64,000 nt of DNA from an uncultured Acidobacteriota bacterium (GTDB taxonomy: Bacteria > Acidobacteriota > Thermoanaerobaculia > Multivoradales > UBA5704). The notes beneath the pieces are model-generated. The model did no database searches and was not told the DNA's origin. It saw only the letters and a list, made by a program, of their open reading frames with translations. Every line of letters starts with the position of its first letter. Within the stretch, counting starts at the first letter, position 1. The stretch lies in contig CAVYRF010000002.1 in NCBI GenBank assembly GCA_963770895.1, positions 4,224,001-4,288,000 of the forward strand. Direction: 5' to 3'. Shown here piece by piece: positions 1 through 10,075 of this stretch. Made by a program: the position numbers and the translations under genes.

Positions 1-3000
1 CGGGATCAGCGGTTGCGCCCCGGCGCCGGCCGCAACCTGGTTGAAGCTCGCCAGGTCGCGGCTCAGCAGACCGGCAAGCACCCCCAGCTGCGTGTCGATG
101 GCGGCCACCAGCTCGTCGCGCACGGCGATCGCCTGCGCGGTGGGCCGGTAGTCGCCCAGCGCCGCCGACTCGGCGACGCCGTTGAGCTTGTCGTCCAGGC
201 GGATCGGGAAGTTGAGCGCGTCTTCGACGCTGTGGCTCTTGGTCTGGTACAGCGCCTCCTCGACCGCCGCCAGCTTGCCGTCCAGCTCCTTGGCGGCCTT
301 GTACACCCCGGCGTAGGGCGATGGGTGCGCGGCGGCGGCCTTGCCGCCGTCGCCGTCGTGGTCGGAGTCTCCCTTGGCGCCGGCGGCGGCGCCCGCTGGG
401 GCCTCGGCGGCGCGCAGGCGCTTGCGCAGGTCGGCGATCTGGCCGCGCACGGCGCGCACCCGGCGCAGGGCGTCGTGGGTCTGATCGATCTTGTCGCGGA
501 TGCCGAGCAGGAACGCCTGCTGCGCCGCCAGGTCGGCGTCGCTGCCGCTGGCGCGCGGGTCCTTGACGACGGTGAAGGCGACGGTGGCGGTCTGGCCGCC
601 GGCGGTCACCCGCGCCTGGTAGGCGCCGGGCGCCACGCGCGGCGCGATCAGCTCACCGTTCCACAGCACCATCCCCGGAAAGCCCTTGGCCGCCGGCCAG
701 GTCAGGTCCCAGACGAAGCGGTTGAAGCCGCGCGCCGCCGGTGGGTGGGGCTCCTCGCGCCCGCGCCGGCTGGGCCGGTCGGCCTCTTCAGGCTCGCCTT
801 CGGCTTCGTCGCCGCCCGGTTCGGCGCCGCCCTTGTCGGCATCTTCGGCTTCGCCGGCACGGCCCGCTGCACTGGCGGTGCCGGCGGCGCCGGTCTTCGC
901 CCCTTCGGCGGCGGCGGCGCGTTCGGCGGCCCCGCCCGCCGGCGCCGGCGTGTGTTTGTCCGCGCTCCCCGCCGGCGCAGGCTTGTCCGCATCGCCCGCT
1001 GGCGCCGGCTTTTCGGCGGTGAAGGTGCGGATCTGCTTGCCGTCGGGCCCCAGGATGTCGATCTTGAGCGGTGCCGAACCGGCGGCGGGGGCGTCGCGCA
1101 GCCAATAGTCGATCACCACGCCGGTCGGCGGGTTCTGTCCTTCGCCGACGGGCGGCCTGCGGGCGTTGCGTCCGGCCAGGCGCCAGGCGGGCGGCGGGGC
1201 GAAGACGTGCAGCGCCGCCGCCAGGACCTGCGGCGCGGCGGCCACCTCGCGCAGCGGCTGCAGGTCGTCGAGCACCCAGAAGCCGCGCCCTTCCGTGGCG
1301 GCGATCAGGTCGCCGTCCTTGATGGTGAGGTCGCCGATCGGCACGATCGGCAGGTTGAGCTGCCAGGCCCGCCAGTGCGCGCCGTCGTCTTGCGACAGGT
1401 AGACGCCGCGCTGGGTGCCGGCGTACAGCAGGCCGCGCCGCGCCGGATCGGCGCGCACCACGCGGGTGAAGTGGGTGCGGTCGATGCCGCTGTCGATGCG
1501 GGTCCAGTGGGCGCCGTAGTCGGACGTCTTGTACAGGTAGGGCGTCTGGTCGTCGGCGCGGTACAGGGTGGCGGCGAAGTAGGCGCCGCCGGGCTCGAAC
1601 GGGCTGGCTTCGATGCTGTTGATCTGCGCCCACCTGGGCAGCCCCGGCGGGGTGACGTCCTGCCAGGCGCCGCCGCCGTCGCGCGAGACGTGCACCAGGC
1701 CGTCGTCGGAGCCCACCCACAGCACGCCGGCGGCGAGCGGCGATTCGGCGATGGTGAAGATGGTGTCGTAGTACTCGACGCTGGTGTTGTCCTGCGTGAT
1801 CGGACCGCCCGACGACGCCTGGCGCGCAGGGTCGTTGCGCGTCAGGTCGGGGGAGATGACCGCCCAGCTCTGGCCGCCGTCGAGCGACTTGAACAGGACG
1901 TTGGCGCCGACGTACAGCACGCGCCGGTCGTGGGGCGAGGTGGCGATCGGGAAGTTCCACTGGAAGCGGTACTTGAGGCCGGCCGCGGCGGCGCCCATCG
2001 GGTTGTCGGGCCAGGGATTGACGTCGCGCACCTCGCCCGTCGTGTGGTTGAGCCGCACCAGCAGGCCGCCGTAGGAGCCGCCGTAGACCACCTCGGGATT
2101 GGCGGGATCGGCCAGGATGTAGCCGCTTTCGCCGCCGGCCGTCTCCTGCCAGTCGCCGCGGCCGATGCCGCCGCCGTCGCCGCGGCTGGCGATGCGCAGC
2201 GCCGAGTTGTCCTGCTGCGCGCCGTAGATGCGGTACGGGAAGTGGGTGTCGGTGGTGACGCGATAGATCTGGGCGGTGGGCTGGTTGTCCTGCGGCGTCC
2301 AGGTGAGGCCGCCGTCGTCGCTGACGTTGACGCCGCCGTCGTTGGCTTCGATCATCCGCCGCGGATCGCCGGGGTCGATCCACAGGTCGTGGTTGTCGCC
2401 GTGCGGCGTGGGGATGGCGGTGAAGGTGCGGCCGCCGTCCTGCGAATGGCGGAACGAGACGTTGACGACGTAGACCGATTCGGCGTTGCCCGGATCGGCA
2501 TAGATGCGGTTGTAGTACCAGGCGCGCTGGGTCAGCTCGTGGTCGGAGTTGACGCGGGTCCAGGTCTTGCCGGCGTCGCGCGAGCGGAAGACGCCGCCTT
2601 CCTTGGCCTCGAACATGGCGTACAGGTTGTCGGGGTCGGTGCGCGAGACGGACACGCCGACGATGCCGAGCGGCCCCTTGGGCACGCCGGGGTTGTGCGA
2701 CAGGTCGGTCCAGGTGTCGCCGCCGTCGGTCGACTTCCACAGGCCCGAACCGGGGCCGCCGCTCTCCAGGCTGTAGGGCGTGCGCAGGATGCGCCACATG
2801 CCGGCATAGAGCACCCGCGGATTGGTGGGGTCCATCGCCAGGTCCACCGCGCCCACCTTGTCGCCCACGAACAGCACCCGCTTCCAGGTGGCGCCGCCGT
2901 CGGTCGAACGGAAGATGCCGCGCTCGGCGTTGGCGCCGAACAGGTGGCCCAGCACCGCGGCATAGACCAGGTCGGGATTCTTGGGATGGATGCGGATGCG

Positions 3001-3555
3001 GCAGATGTGGCGGGAGTCGAGCAGGCCGGCGCGCTTCCAGGTCTTGCCGGCGTCGGTCGATTTCCACATGCCGTCGCCTTCGGAGACGTTGCCGCGCACC
3101 GTTTCTTCGCCGGTGCCGGCGTACACCACGTTGGGGTCCCAGCTGGAGACGGCGACGTCGCCGATCGAGCCGCCGAAGAAGCCGTCCGACACGCTGTGCC
3201 AGGTGCGGCCGGCGTCGGTCGATTTCCAGACGCCGCCGCCGGTGGCGCCAAAGTAGTAGGTGGCGCGGTCGCCCGGCAGGCCGGCCACCGCGTCGGCGCG
3301 GCCGCCGCGATAGGGACCCACCTCCCGCCAGCGCAGCGCCTTCCACAGGTCGGCGTCGCCGGCGTTGGCGCCGGGGCTGGGGCTGGCGGAGTCGGCGGAG
3401 TTGGCGGTATTGGCGGTATTGGCGGCATGGGCGGCGCCGGCGAAGCTGGCGGACAGCACCGCCATGCAGACCAGCAGCAGCGGCCACGCCGCCGGCGGTG
3501 GGGCGCCGGCGGCGCGACGGCGGCGGCCGGTGCAGGGACGCAAAGACGTAGTCAT
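1..3555 (-). CDS. Secreted BNR/Asp-box (VPS10/sortilin-like) beta-propeller glycosyl hydrolase-family protein, 3' end runs off the window
   Basis: Manual translation of the minus strand from ATG 3555 gives a signal-like segment, then LWKALRWREVGPYRGGRADAVAGLPGDRATYYFGATGGGVWKSTDAGRTW and repeated S-x-D-x-G-x-T-W Asp-boxes. It is absent from the ORF track because no stop lies in the window; the 13..3744 + ORF is its antisense shadow. Confidence 0.88.
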   Translation of the reverse strand, partial: MTTSLRPCTGRRRRAAGAPPPAAWPLLLVCMAVLSASFAGAAHAANTANTANSADSASPSPGANAGDADLWKALRWREVGPYRGGRADAVAGLPGDRATYYFGATGGGVWKSTDAGRTWHSVSDGFFGGSIGDVAVSSWDPNVVYAGTGEETVRGNVSEGDGMWKSTDAGKTWKRAGLLDSRHICRIRIHPKNPDLVYAAVLGHLFGANAERGIFRSTDGGATWKRVLFVGDKVGAVDLAMDPTNPRVLYAGMWRILRTPYSLESGGPGSGLWKSTDGGDTWTDLSHNPGVPKGPLGIVGVSVSRTDPDNLYAMFEAKEGGVFRSRDAGKTWTRVNSDHELTQRAWYYNRIYADPGNAESVYVVNVSFRHSQDGGRTFTAIPTPHGDNHDLWIDPGDPRRMIEANDGGVNVSDDGGLTWTPQDNQPTAQIYRVTTDTHFPYRIYGAQQDNSALRIASRGDGGGIGRGDWQETAGGESGYILADPANPEVVYGGSYGGLLVRLNHTTGEVRDVNPWPDNPMGAAAAGLKYRFQWNFPIATSPHDRRVLYVGANVLFKSLDGGQSWAVISPDLTRNDPARQASSGGPITQDNTSVEYYDTIFTIAESPLAAGVLWVGSDDGLVHVSRDGGGAWQDVTPPGLPRWAQINSIEASPFEPGGAYFAATLYRADDQTPYLYKTSDYGAHWTRIDSGIDRTHFTRVVRADPARRGLLYAGTQRGVYLSQDDGAHWRAWQLNLPIVPIGDLTIKDGDLIAATEGRGFWVLDDLQPLREVAAAPQVLAAALHVFAPPPAWRLAGRNARRPPVGEGQNPPTGVVIDYWLRDAPAAGSAPLKIDILGPDGKQIRTFTAEKPAPAGDADKPAPAGSADKHTPAPAGGAAERAAAAEGAKTGAAGTASAAGRAGEAEDADKGGAEPGGDEAEGEPEEADRPSRRGREEPHPPAARGFNRFVWDLTWPAAKGFPGMVLWNGELIAPRVAPGAYQARVTAGGQTATVAFTVVKDPRASGSDADLAAQQAFLLGIRDKIDQTHDALRRVRAVRGQIADLRKRLRAAEAPAGAAAGAKGDSDHDGDGGKAAAAHPSPYAGVYKAAKELDGKLAAVEEALYQTKSHSVEDALNFPIRLDDKLNGVAESAALGDYRPTAQAIAVRDELVAAIDTQLGVLAGLLSRDLASFNQVAAGAGAQPLIP

Positions 3556-3776
3556 GATGGAGGATCCCCCGCGATCAGGTGGGCGGCGCGAGCCCACACA
3601 TCCGTGATGCCGCGGGAGAGTGTAGTGCACTGCGAGGACCAGCGCATGCCGCGCGCCGGCAGACGGCCCGGCGCCACCCGGCACGCGCGGCACCGCGCGC
3701 GTACCGGCGCGGTTGCGCGCGGGGCCGAGCCCGAGGAGCGCTGAGCGAAGAACCTGGAGGAACGCAACTCCCCGGC

Positions 3777-4244
3777 CTACGGGTAGTCGTTGACCTCCAG
3801 CTTGTCGAGCGGCAGGCCGCAGGGGTAGAACAGGTTGAAGACCGGCTGCTCGATCACCTCGGCGTAATGCAGCAGCAGCGGGCCGTACTGCTCGATGCCC
3901 GACTTGCCGCCTTCGATGTCTTCGTACTCCTGCTTGGGGATCTCCAGCTCTTCGGCCATCTGGTCGACGGTCTTGTTGCGCTTCTCGCGGTGCTTGCGGA
4001 TCAGCTGTCCCGCCTGCCCGTGCTGGGTGTCGGCGGATCTGCCGCTGTCGGCCAGCAGGCGGGAGGTGGGGGTTTCGAGCTTGATGGCGACCCGCGCCAG
4101 CAGCGGTCCCCACTGCTCGGCAGGCGAGCTGCCGGCTTCCATCTCGCGATAGCTATCCGCCGAGATGCCGAGTTTGGTCGCCATGTCCTCGACCGACAGC
4201 TTCTTGCGCTCGCGCTCTTTTTTCAGGACGTCTCCGAGTTTCAC
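3777..4244 (-). CDS. XRE-family regulator with two tandem HTH domains
   Basis: GTG at 4244 with an AAGGAGG RBS. Two similar halves: LKKERERKKLSVEDMATKLGIS..YREMEAG..EQWGPLL and IRKHREKRNKTVDQMAEELEIP..YEDIEGG..EQYGPLL. Confidence 0.85.
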   Translation of the reverse strand: MKLGDVLKKERERKKLSVEDMATKLGISADSYREMEAGSSPAEQWGPLLARVAIKLETPTSRLLADSGRSADTQHGQAGQLIRKHREKRNKTVDQMAEELEIPKQEYEDIEGGKSGIEQYGPLLLHYAEVIEQPVFNLFYPCGLPLDKLEVNDYP

Positions 4245-4423
4245 CGCGTTCCTCCTTGTCCGGATTGTATCTTCTGGGGGCGCTCGTGGGGCGCGGGAGA
4301 GAGCTCCTGGCAACGAGCGCGCCGCCGGGTCGGTTCCCCCGTTACAGTGCGCCTCGCGGTGCCGGGCGTGACAAGGCCGGACTGCATACCCCCCTTGGGG
4401 ACCGCCGAGCGCGTCCGTCAGGC

Positions 4424-6532
4424 CTACTTGTGCTTTTCGGCCGACAGCAGCTTGAGCGCGTCGATCGGGCGCCGGTCTGGCGCCATCATCTTGATCGCCC
4501 GGCGCAGCAGCCCTTCGGCTTCGTCGCGCTTGCCCATCTGGCGGTGGATCTCCCCCGAGTAGTAGACGGCGAGGCCGCAGCGGGGGTCTCGCCGCAGGGT
4601 GTCCTGCAGGTCCTTGATCGCCCGGGCGCCCTGGCCCGGCGCGATGCAGAAGCGGCAGTATGCCAGCTCGGCGCTGTACAGGCCGTTGGCCGGATCGCAG
4701 TCGGAGGCGAACTCCAGCAGCAGGGCGGCATCCTGGAACTTGCCGGCTTCCATCAGGGCCTGCCCCTTGCGGTACTGCACCTCGGGATCGAGCAGGTCGG
4801 TCTTGATCGCCAGCCCGTCGCCGGCGGGCGGCCGCTTGGAGCGCTCTTCACGCGCGGTGCGGCGGCGGAACAGCAGCACGTTGCGCCGCTCCAGGTCGAG
4901 CAGCTCGACGTAGGCGCGGGCGCCGGCCAGGAACAGGTCGCTCACCTTCTCTTCCATGTCGGCCATGCCCGGCTGGCGCATCGTCCAGGGCGCGAAGCGC
5001 TGGGCGAAATCCAGGTAGCGGCTTTCGATCGCGGCCGGGGAGGCGTCCTCGTCGGTGCCGAGCAGGTCGAAGGCGTCCAGGCGGCGATAGGAGAGGTAGG
5101 ACTGCATGATCTCGTTGCGCCGCCGCTCCAGCGCCGGCGGCAGCTCCGCCGGCGACGCCGGTTCGGCCGGCGTGGGGACCTCCTGCGTGCCGGTCGGCAG
5201 CTCCTCCGGCGCCAGGGGCAGCGGCGGCGGGATGGCGATCGCGCGCGTTGCCGTCGACGCGACCCGCAGCGGCGACCGGGCGGCGGCGCGGGGGCCGGCG
5301 TCGGGCGGGGCGGGCCTGAGCGCGGCGCCGGCCGGCGCCGCGATTGCCGTCGGCGCGGTCGGCGCGGTCGGCCTGGCGGCGGTGGGGGCCGCATGCGCGT
5401 CGGCCGCCGTCGCGGCCGGCAACGGTGCCGCGAGCGGGGGCGCATCGGCAGGTCTGGCGGCGGGGGCCGGGGGAGCGTCTACCGCGGCCACGGTCGCGGC
5501 CGGGAAGGGCACCGCGTGCGGGGACGCTTCGGCGGGCCTGTCGGCGCCGCCGGCATCCGGCGCCGGCGGCGCGTCCACCCCGACCGGCGCGCTGCCCGGC
5601 TTCTGGGCGGCACCCCCCGGCGCGCCGGTAGCCGGCGCGGCTCCCTGGCCCGCGGGTGCTGCCTGCGATGGGGCGGCGGCGGCGTTGGGATTGGGGTTGG
5701 TCAGGCGGGCGGCGCGCAGCGCGGCCTTGGCCGCCGGGTGGTCTTCGGTGACGACGGCGCCGAGCACGGACAGGGCGTACAGCAGGCGGGTCAGCTCCTC
5801 GAACGGCATGCCGGTGCCCAGCGCCAGCTCGTCGATGCGCCAGCCCGAGCGCAGGGCCACCGCGACCTGTCCCTGGCGCTGGTTGAGGCGGATCTCCTCC
5901 AGGGGGTAGGGCGGGTCGGGATGCAGGCAGAGCTTCTTGCCCACCAGCGGCACGACGCCGGCGTCGACTTCCTCCTGCTGGGCGAATTTGGTGATGCCGG
6001 TGACGATGAGCTGCGGCACCCGCACCTTGAGCGAGGATTCCGGGTGCGGCATCTCGTCGTGGACGCGGAATTCGCCGTCGCGCCAGCTGAAGACGTCCAG
6101 CAGCTTCTTGGCGAGGTTCTGCTGCAGCAGCTTGTACAGCTCTTCGGCGGTGACGACGCCGTTGTCGAGCAGAACTTCGCCGAGCGGCAGGCCCTTGGCC
6201 GCCGACTGGCCTAGATAGGAATGCAGGTCTTCCGGGACGATCTTGCCCAGGCCGACCATGAAGCGGCCCAGCGTTTCGTGCACCAGGTTGGAGCGGCAGT
6301 CGATCGGCACGCCATGCTCGAGCATGATGCGCTTGGACATCTGCTTGCGCCGCACTTCCAGCACCAACGTCCGCCGCTCCACCGCCAGAGCCAGCAGCAG
6401 CGCGCCGAAAGGCACCTCCGCCAGGCTGCCGGCACGCAGTTGGGAAACCTGCTGCAACTGCTCAGGGGTCGGGATCAACAGAAGCCTCGCGAAGTCAAGA
6501 ATCCAATGCTGGCCGGAGGCTACCTGCTGCAC
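4424..6532 (-). CDS. DUF4388-like domain, Pro/Ala linker, degenerate J-domain and C-terminal TPR
   Basis: LGEVLLDNGVV..VFSWRDGEFR (DUF4388-like), DAFDLLG..ASPAAIESRYLDFAQRFAP (J-like, no HPD), and TPR-type C-terminus YYSGEIHRQMGKRDEAEGLLRRAIKMMAP. Confidence 0.7.
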   Translation of the reverse strand: MQQVASGQHWILDFARLLLIPTPEQLQQVSQLRAGSLAEVPFGALLLALAVERRTLVLEVRRKQMSKRIMLEHGVPIDCRSNLVHETLGRFMVGLGKIVPEDLHSYLGQSAAKGLPLGEVLLDNGVVTAEELYKLLQQNLAKKLLDVFSWRDGEFRVHDEMPHPESSLKVRVPQLIVTGITKFAQQEEVDAGVVPLVGKKLCLHPDPPYPLEEIRLNQRQGQVAVALRSGWRIDELALGTGMPFEELTRLLYALSVLGAVVTEDHPAAKAALRAARLTNPNPNAAAAPSQAAPAGQGAAPATGAPGGAAQKPGSAPVGVDAPPAPDAGGADRPAEASPHAVPFPAATVAAVDAPPAPAARPADAPPLAAPLPAATAADAHAAPTAARPTAPTAPTAIAAPAGAALRPAPPDAGPRAAARSPLRVASTATRAIAIPPPLPLAPEELPTGTQEVPTPAEPASPAELPPALERRRNEIMQSYLSYRRLDAFDLLGTDEDASPAAIESRYLDFAQRFAPWTMRQPGMADMEEKVSDLFLAGARAYVELLDLERRNVLLFRRRTAREERSKRPPAGDGLAIKTDLLDPEVQYRKGQALMEAGKFQDAALLLEFASDCDPANGLYSAELAYCRFCIAPGQGARAIKDLQDTLRRDPRCGLAVYYSGEIHRQMGKRDEAEGLLRRAIKMMAPDRRPIDALKLLSAEKHK

Positions 6533-6770
6533 CCGGAGCTGTCAATTGCGGCCGCGATCCCGCTCCGCAAAGCGCGGGGCGGAAACGGCGTAGGAGCTCC
6601 TTTGGTGTGGGGGTACTGGACTAGCTTTCATAGATTCACATACTACGATAGGGTATGGACTCCTAAGGAGCGCAGGGTGGCTGTGCGTCCCATGCGAAGT
6701 TAGGAACATTGCGAAATAATGCGTGAAGGCTCGCGACGGCTTGCCGTTGCGAAAAGGAAGGGGGTTGCGA

Positions 6771-7580
6771 ATGAAGCACGGTGCTGCACTGACGGTCGCA
6801 GCGCTCTCCAGTCTCCTGCTTTTCCCACCTGGGGCAGAGGCCCGACAGGACGCTTCTCGGCCGCAACCACGTCCACCCAGTGATATTGGAGCCACGCCAG
6901 GCCATCTCCCCAAGGTGCACTACGTTCCCAGCAGGGCACCCGAGATGACTTACCCGGTATGGGTCGATGCCTCCTTGGTCTTCAACCAGGACGGCTCAGT
7001 GAACACCACACTCGTCCATCCTCAAGGAGCTCGGGAGATCCAGGCCATAAAGGCCATCCCACCAGCGAACGGGTGCACGCCTGTAGGCATCTACTTTCAG
7101 GACATTCTGGGCCTCCTTCCGCGAACGAGCCCGGAACAGGCGGTCCAGGCGTCCCGGCTGGTCATTCTTGGCAAGGTCACCGAGAAGTCCTACGGCCTGC
7201 ACGTAGACACGCCGGGACAGCTTCTACGCGTCGTGCCAGAGGAAGTCATCAAGGGCCGGCCGCGCAATGTCGATGCCTACTTTGTCTTCCTGCCACTGGG
7301 CACGTTCACGATGGGCGGTCTCAAGATTTGCAAGACGGACAGCCGCTACCCTGATCCACCGTTGGTAGGTGAGGAGGTGCTGCTGTTTGTTCCTTTCCAG
7401 GAGGAGGACCAGGCCGAGCCCTATCTCGAAATCCAGGATGGGGAGGGAATCATAACCCTCCATGCCGGCGGTGCTACCAGCCTGCCAAAGCGCTTCCAGT
7501 CTGACAAAGTGTCTACATCCATCACCAGAGATGCTCTCCTCGATCGAGTCCGGTCCGCGGCCGCAAAGGAGGGGCATTAA
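6771..7580 (+). CDS. Secreted hypothetical protein
   Basis: Signal-peptide-like MKHGAALTVAALSSLLLFPPGAEA. The ORF ends 1 nt before the next ATG, with AAGGAGG inside its 3' end. Confidence 0.7.
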   Translation: MKHGAALTVAALSSLLLFPPGAEARQDASRPQPRPPSDIGATPGHLPKVHYVPSRAPEMTYPVWVDASLVFNQDGSVNTTLVHPQGAREIQAIKAIPPANGCTPVGIYFQDILGLLPRTSPEQAVQASRLVILGKVTEKSYGLHVDTPGQLLRVVPEEVIKGRPRNVDAYFVFLPLGTFTMGGLKICKTDSRYPDPPLVGEEVLLFVPFQEEDQAEPYLEIQDGEGIITLHAGGATSLPKRFQSDKVSTSITRDALLDRVRSAAAKEGH

Positions 7581-7581
7581 C

Positions 7582-8406
7582 ATGACTCCCGCGGCGCTGA
7601 TGGTGCTGGCAATGGTTCAGGGCATGCAGACCGAGGCGGCCGCCTCCCCATGCGTAAGTTCAATCTATACCTCGCCGCTTTATAGTCCCGCGGCCTGGCA
7701 GCTGGTGCCAGACAGCACCGTCCCGCCGGGCTTGGTAGACGCGGCCGAAGCCGCTTGGAATAGTCCCTCCTGCAACACCAGCGGCACTGCCTTCCCCATG
7801 TTTACAACGAGTCCAAGCGCGGGATCGAAACCAGTTCCGGTGACCTATGTCAATGGCTTGAATCCATCGAACCCCCGCTCCTGCGGTCAGACCGCACCCA
7901 GCGGGATAACAATTTACTCACAGGCAAAGATGCCAAGCGGAACAACGGCAAGCTGCGGCAGCGGAAACGTCCAGACTCAGACTTTGGAGCACGAGCTGGG
8001 GCATCAGCTCGGGCTCGCTGACAGCAGCTGTGCAGGCTACATCATGTCTCAGGTGGCGTATCCGCCACAGACGGGATCCATTCCGCCTCAGCCCATGCCG
8101 CGAGCGATTCAAGGGGCCGAATGCAGCGAGGCCAACCAGATCAACATCACGCCGGCAGAGCAGCCGCCCCCGCCCCCGCCACCGAATCAATGTCCACCAG
8201 AGTGCCAATGCCCGCCGAGCTGCCTGAGTGGCTGCGACGTCAATGGCGTTTGCAAGGACAATCCCTGCGACACGGATCCAACGTCGCCGCAGTGCGGCGG
8301 TGACGGCGGCGGCAGTCCATGCGATGCGGATCATCCCTGCGACGACGGCGTCCTCTCTTCGCCGCCTCCTTTGGGGCGGCTCAGCTTCAACGTCTGTAAG
8401 CTTTGA
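7582..8406 (+). CDS. Secreted metzincin-like zinc metallopeptidase with Cys-rich C-terminal tail
   Basis: HELGHQLGLAD (HExxHxxGxxD) followed by a Met-turn-like YIMS, a poly-Pro linker and a Cys/Asp/Gly-rich tail. RBS AAGGAGG. Confidence 0.75.
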   Translation: MTPAALMVLAMVQGMQTEAAASPCVSSIYTSPLYSPAAWQLVPDSTVPPGLVDAAEAAWNSPSCNTSGTAFPMFTTSPSAGSKPVPVTYVNGLNPSNPRSCGQTAPSGITIYSQAKMPSGTTASCGSGNVQTQTLEHELGHQLGLADSSCAGYIMSQVAYPPQTGSIPPQPMPRAIQGAECSEANQINITPAEQPPPPPPPNQCPPECQCPPSCLSGCDVNGVCKDNPCDTDPTSPQCGGDGGGSPCDADHPCDDGVLSSPPPLGRLSFNVCKL

Positions 8407-8498
8407 CTTTGCAGACTGTCGCCCCGCTCCACCAACGACGAACAAGGTCACTACCGCCTTGCCGGGCTCGGGCTCAGGGCCGGCGGATCTACGATAGG

Positions 8499-10040
8499 AT
8501 GAGCGCACACATGCTAGCGGGCGAAACCACGACGGGCGGCAGCGCCCCGGCGGCGGCAGGTCCGGCGCGCAAGCCGGAAGGGTGGCGCGGCCCGGACGTG
8601 CTGCGCGCGGCGGCGCTGGTGTTCGGCCTGTACTTTGCGCTGCAGCTGATCTGGCTGGTCCACCCGGTCGTGCTGACGGGCTTCATCGGCCTGCTGTTCG
8701 GCCTGGCGGTGGCGCGCGGCGCCGACCTGCTGGAGCGCTTCAAGGTGCCGCGCGGGATCGCGGCGGCGCTGATCGTGCTGGCCACCTACGCGGCGTTGGT
8801 CGGCGTCCTGGCCATCGCCGCGCCGACCCTGGGCAAGCAGTTCGGCGAGCTGCGCGCCAAGCTGCCGCAGGCGATGGACCGCGTGGACCAATGGATCGCC
8901 GCCAACAAGGGCAACGTGTGGGGCCAGATGTTCGCCAGCCCCGAACCGGGTGGCCAGCAGGCTGCCGCGCCGGCCAGCGCCCTGCCGGCGCCGACCCCCG
9001 CCAGCCGCGACGCCGGACACGGCGCGGCGCACGCCGGCCGGTCGGCCAAGGGGGCGTCGAAGGCAGGGAGCCCCCCGCCGGCCCCCCAGGGGTCAGCGCC
9101 TGAGGGGGCCCCGCCCGGCCCGCAAGCGGCTGGGGCTGCAACGACGGGCGCACCCACGGGCGCGCCGGCTCCTGCGGGGGCAACGCCTGGCGCCCAACAA
9201 GGCGGAGCCGGTGCCTCGGCTGCTGCCGGCGGCGCCGCGGCCCCCGGCACGCCGCGCGCGGCGGGGGCCGCGGCGTCCGGCAAGCCGCCGGCCGGTGCGG
9301 GCACCCCCGCGCCTGGAGCGCCGCCAGCCGGCGGCGCGATGTCGCCGGCGGCCGCGCCGTCGCCGTTGCGGACGCGGCTGGCGCAGCAGCTGGGGGCGGC
9401 AACGCGGTACCTGTTCCCGTTCCTGTCGTCGACGGTCGAAGTGCTGGCGGGCCTGCTGCTGATCACCTTTGTGGCGATCTATTTCGGCGTCGATCCCGAC
9501 CTGTATCGCCGCGGGTTGCTGCACCTGGTGCCGCACGCCAGCCGCGAGCGGGCTTCGGAGGTGGTGGCGGCGATCGGCGTGACGCTGCGGCGGTGGCTGA
9601 TGACCCAGCTGATCGCGATGGTGGTGATCGGCACGCTGGTCTGGGTGACGCTGGCGGTGATGGGCGTCGAGGCGGCGCTGTCGCTGGGCATCATCGCCGG
9701 CGTGCTGGAATTCATCCCCACGATCGGGCCGCTGCTCTCCGCGCTGCCGGCCATCGCCATGGGCTTCCTGGTGTCGCCCGAAAAGGCGCTGGCGGTGGCC
9801 ATCGCCTTCACCCTGGTGCAGATGATCGAAGGCCACGTGCTGATCCCGATGCTGATGAAGCGCGGCATGAACCTGCCGCCGCTGATCACCATCCTGGGGC
9901 AGGCCATCATGGCGGTGGTGTTCGGCTTCCTCGGCCTGCTGGTGGCCGTGCCGCTGGTGGCGATGATCCTGACCGCGGTGAAGATGCTCTACGTCAACGA
10001 CGTCATGGGCGACCAGGTGGCGACCGGCAGCCACCGTTAG
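8499..10040 (+). CDS. AI-2E family (PerM-like) transporter with a long Ala/Pro/Gly insertion
   Basis: Multiple TM segments with GVLEFIPTIGPLLS, QMIEGHVLIP and GFLGLLVAVPL family motifs. Confidence 0.88.
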   Translation: MSAHMLAGETTTGGSAPAAAGPARKPEGWRGPDVLRAAALVFGLYFALQLIWLVHPVVLTGFIGLLFGLAVARGADLLERFKVPRGIAAALIVLATYAALVGVLAIAAPTLGKQFGELRAKLPQAMDRVDQWIAANKGNVWGQMFASPEPGGQQAAAPASALPAPTPASRDAGHGAAHAGRSAKGASKAGSPPPAPQGSAPEGAPPGPQAAGAATTGAPTGAPAPAGATPGAQQGGAGASAAAGGAAAPGTPRAAGAAASGKPPAGAGTPAPGAPPAGGAMSPAAAPSPLRTRLAQQLGAATRYLFPFLSSTVEVLAGLLLITFVAIYFGVDPDLYRRGLLHLVPHASRERASEVVAAIGVTLRRWLMTQLIAMVVIGTLVWVTLAVMGVEAALSLGIIAGVLEFIPTIGPLLSALPAIAMGFLVSPEKALAVAIAFTLVQMIEGHVLIPMLMKRGMNLPPLITILGQAIMAVVFGFLGLLVAVPLVAMILTAVKMLYVNDVMGDQVATGSHR

Positions 10041-10075
10041 CCGCCGCCGCCCCTTGCGGGCGCGGCACCCCCGCC

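Noticed and set aside
13-3744. 1243-aa + strand ORF
   Set aside because: Antisense shadow of the minus-strand BNR hydrolase; no family motifs. The same applies to other long shadows such as 10671..13598 -, 28315..30573 +, 59252..61651 - and 62105..63979 -.
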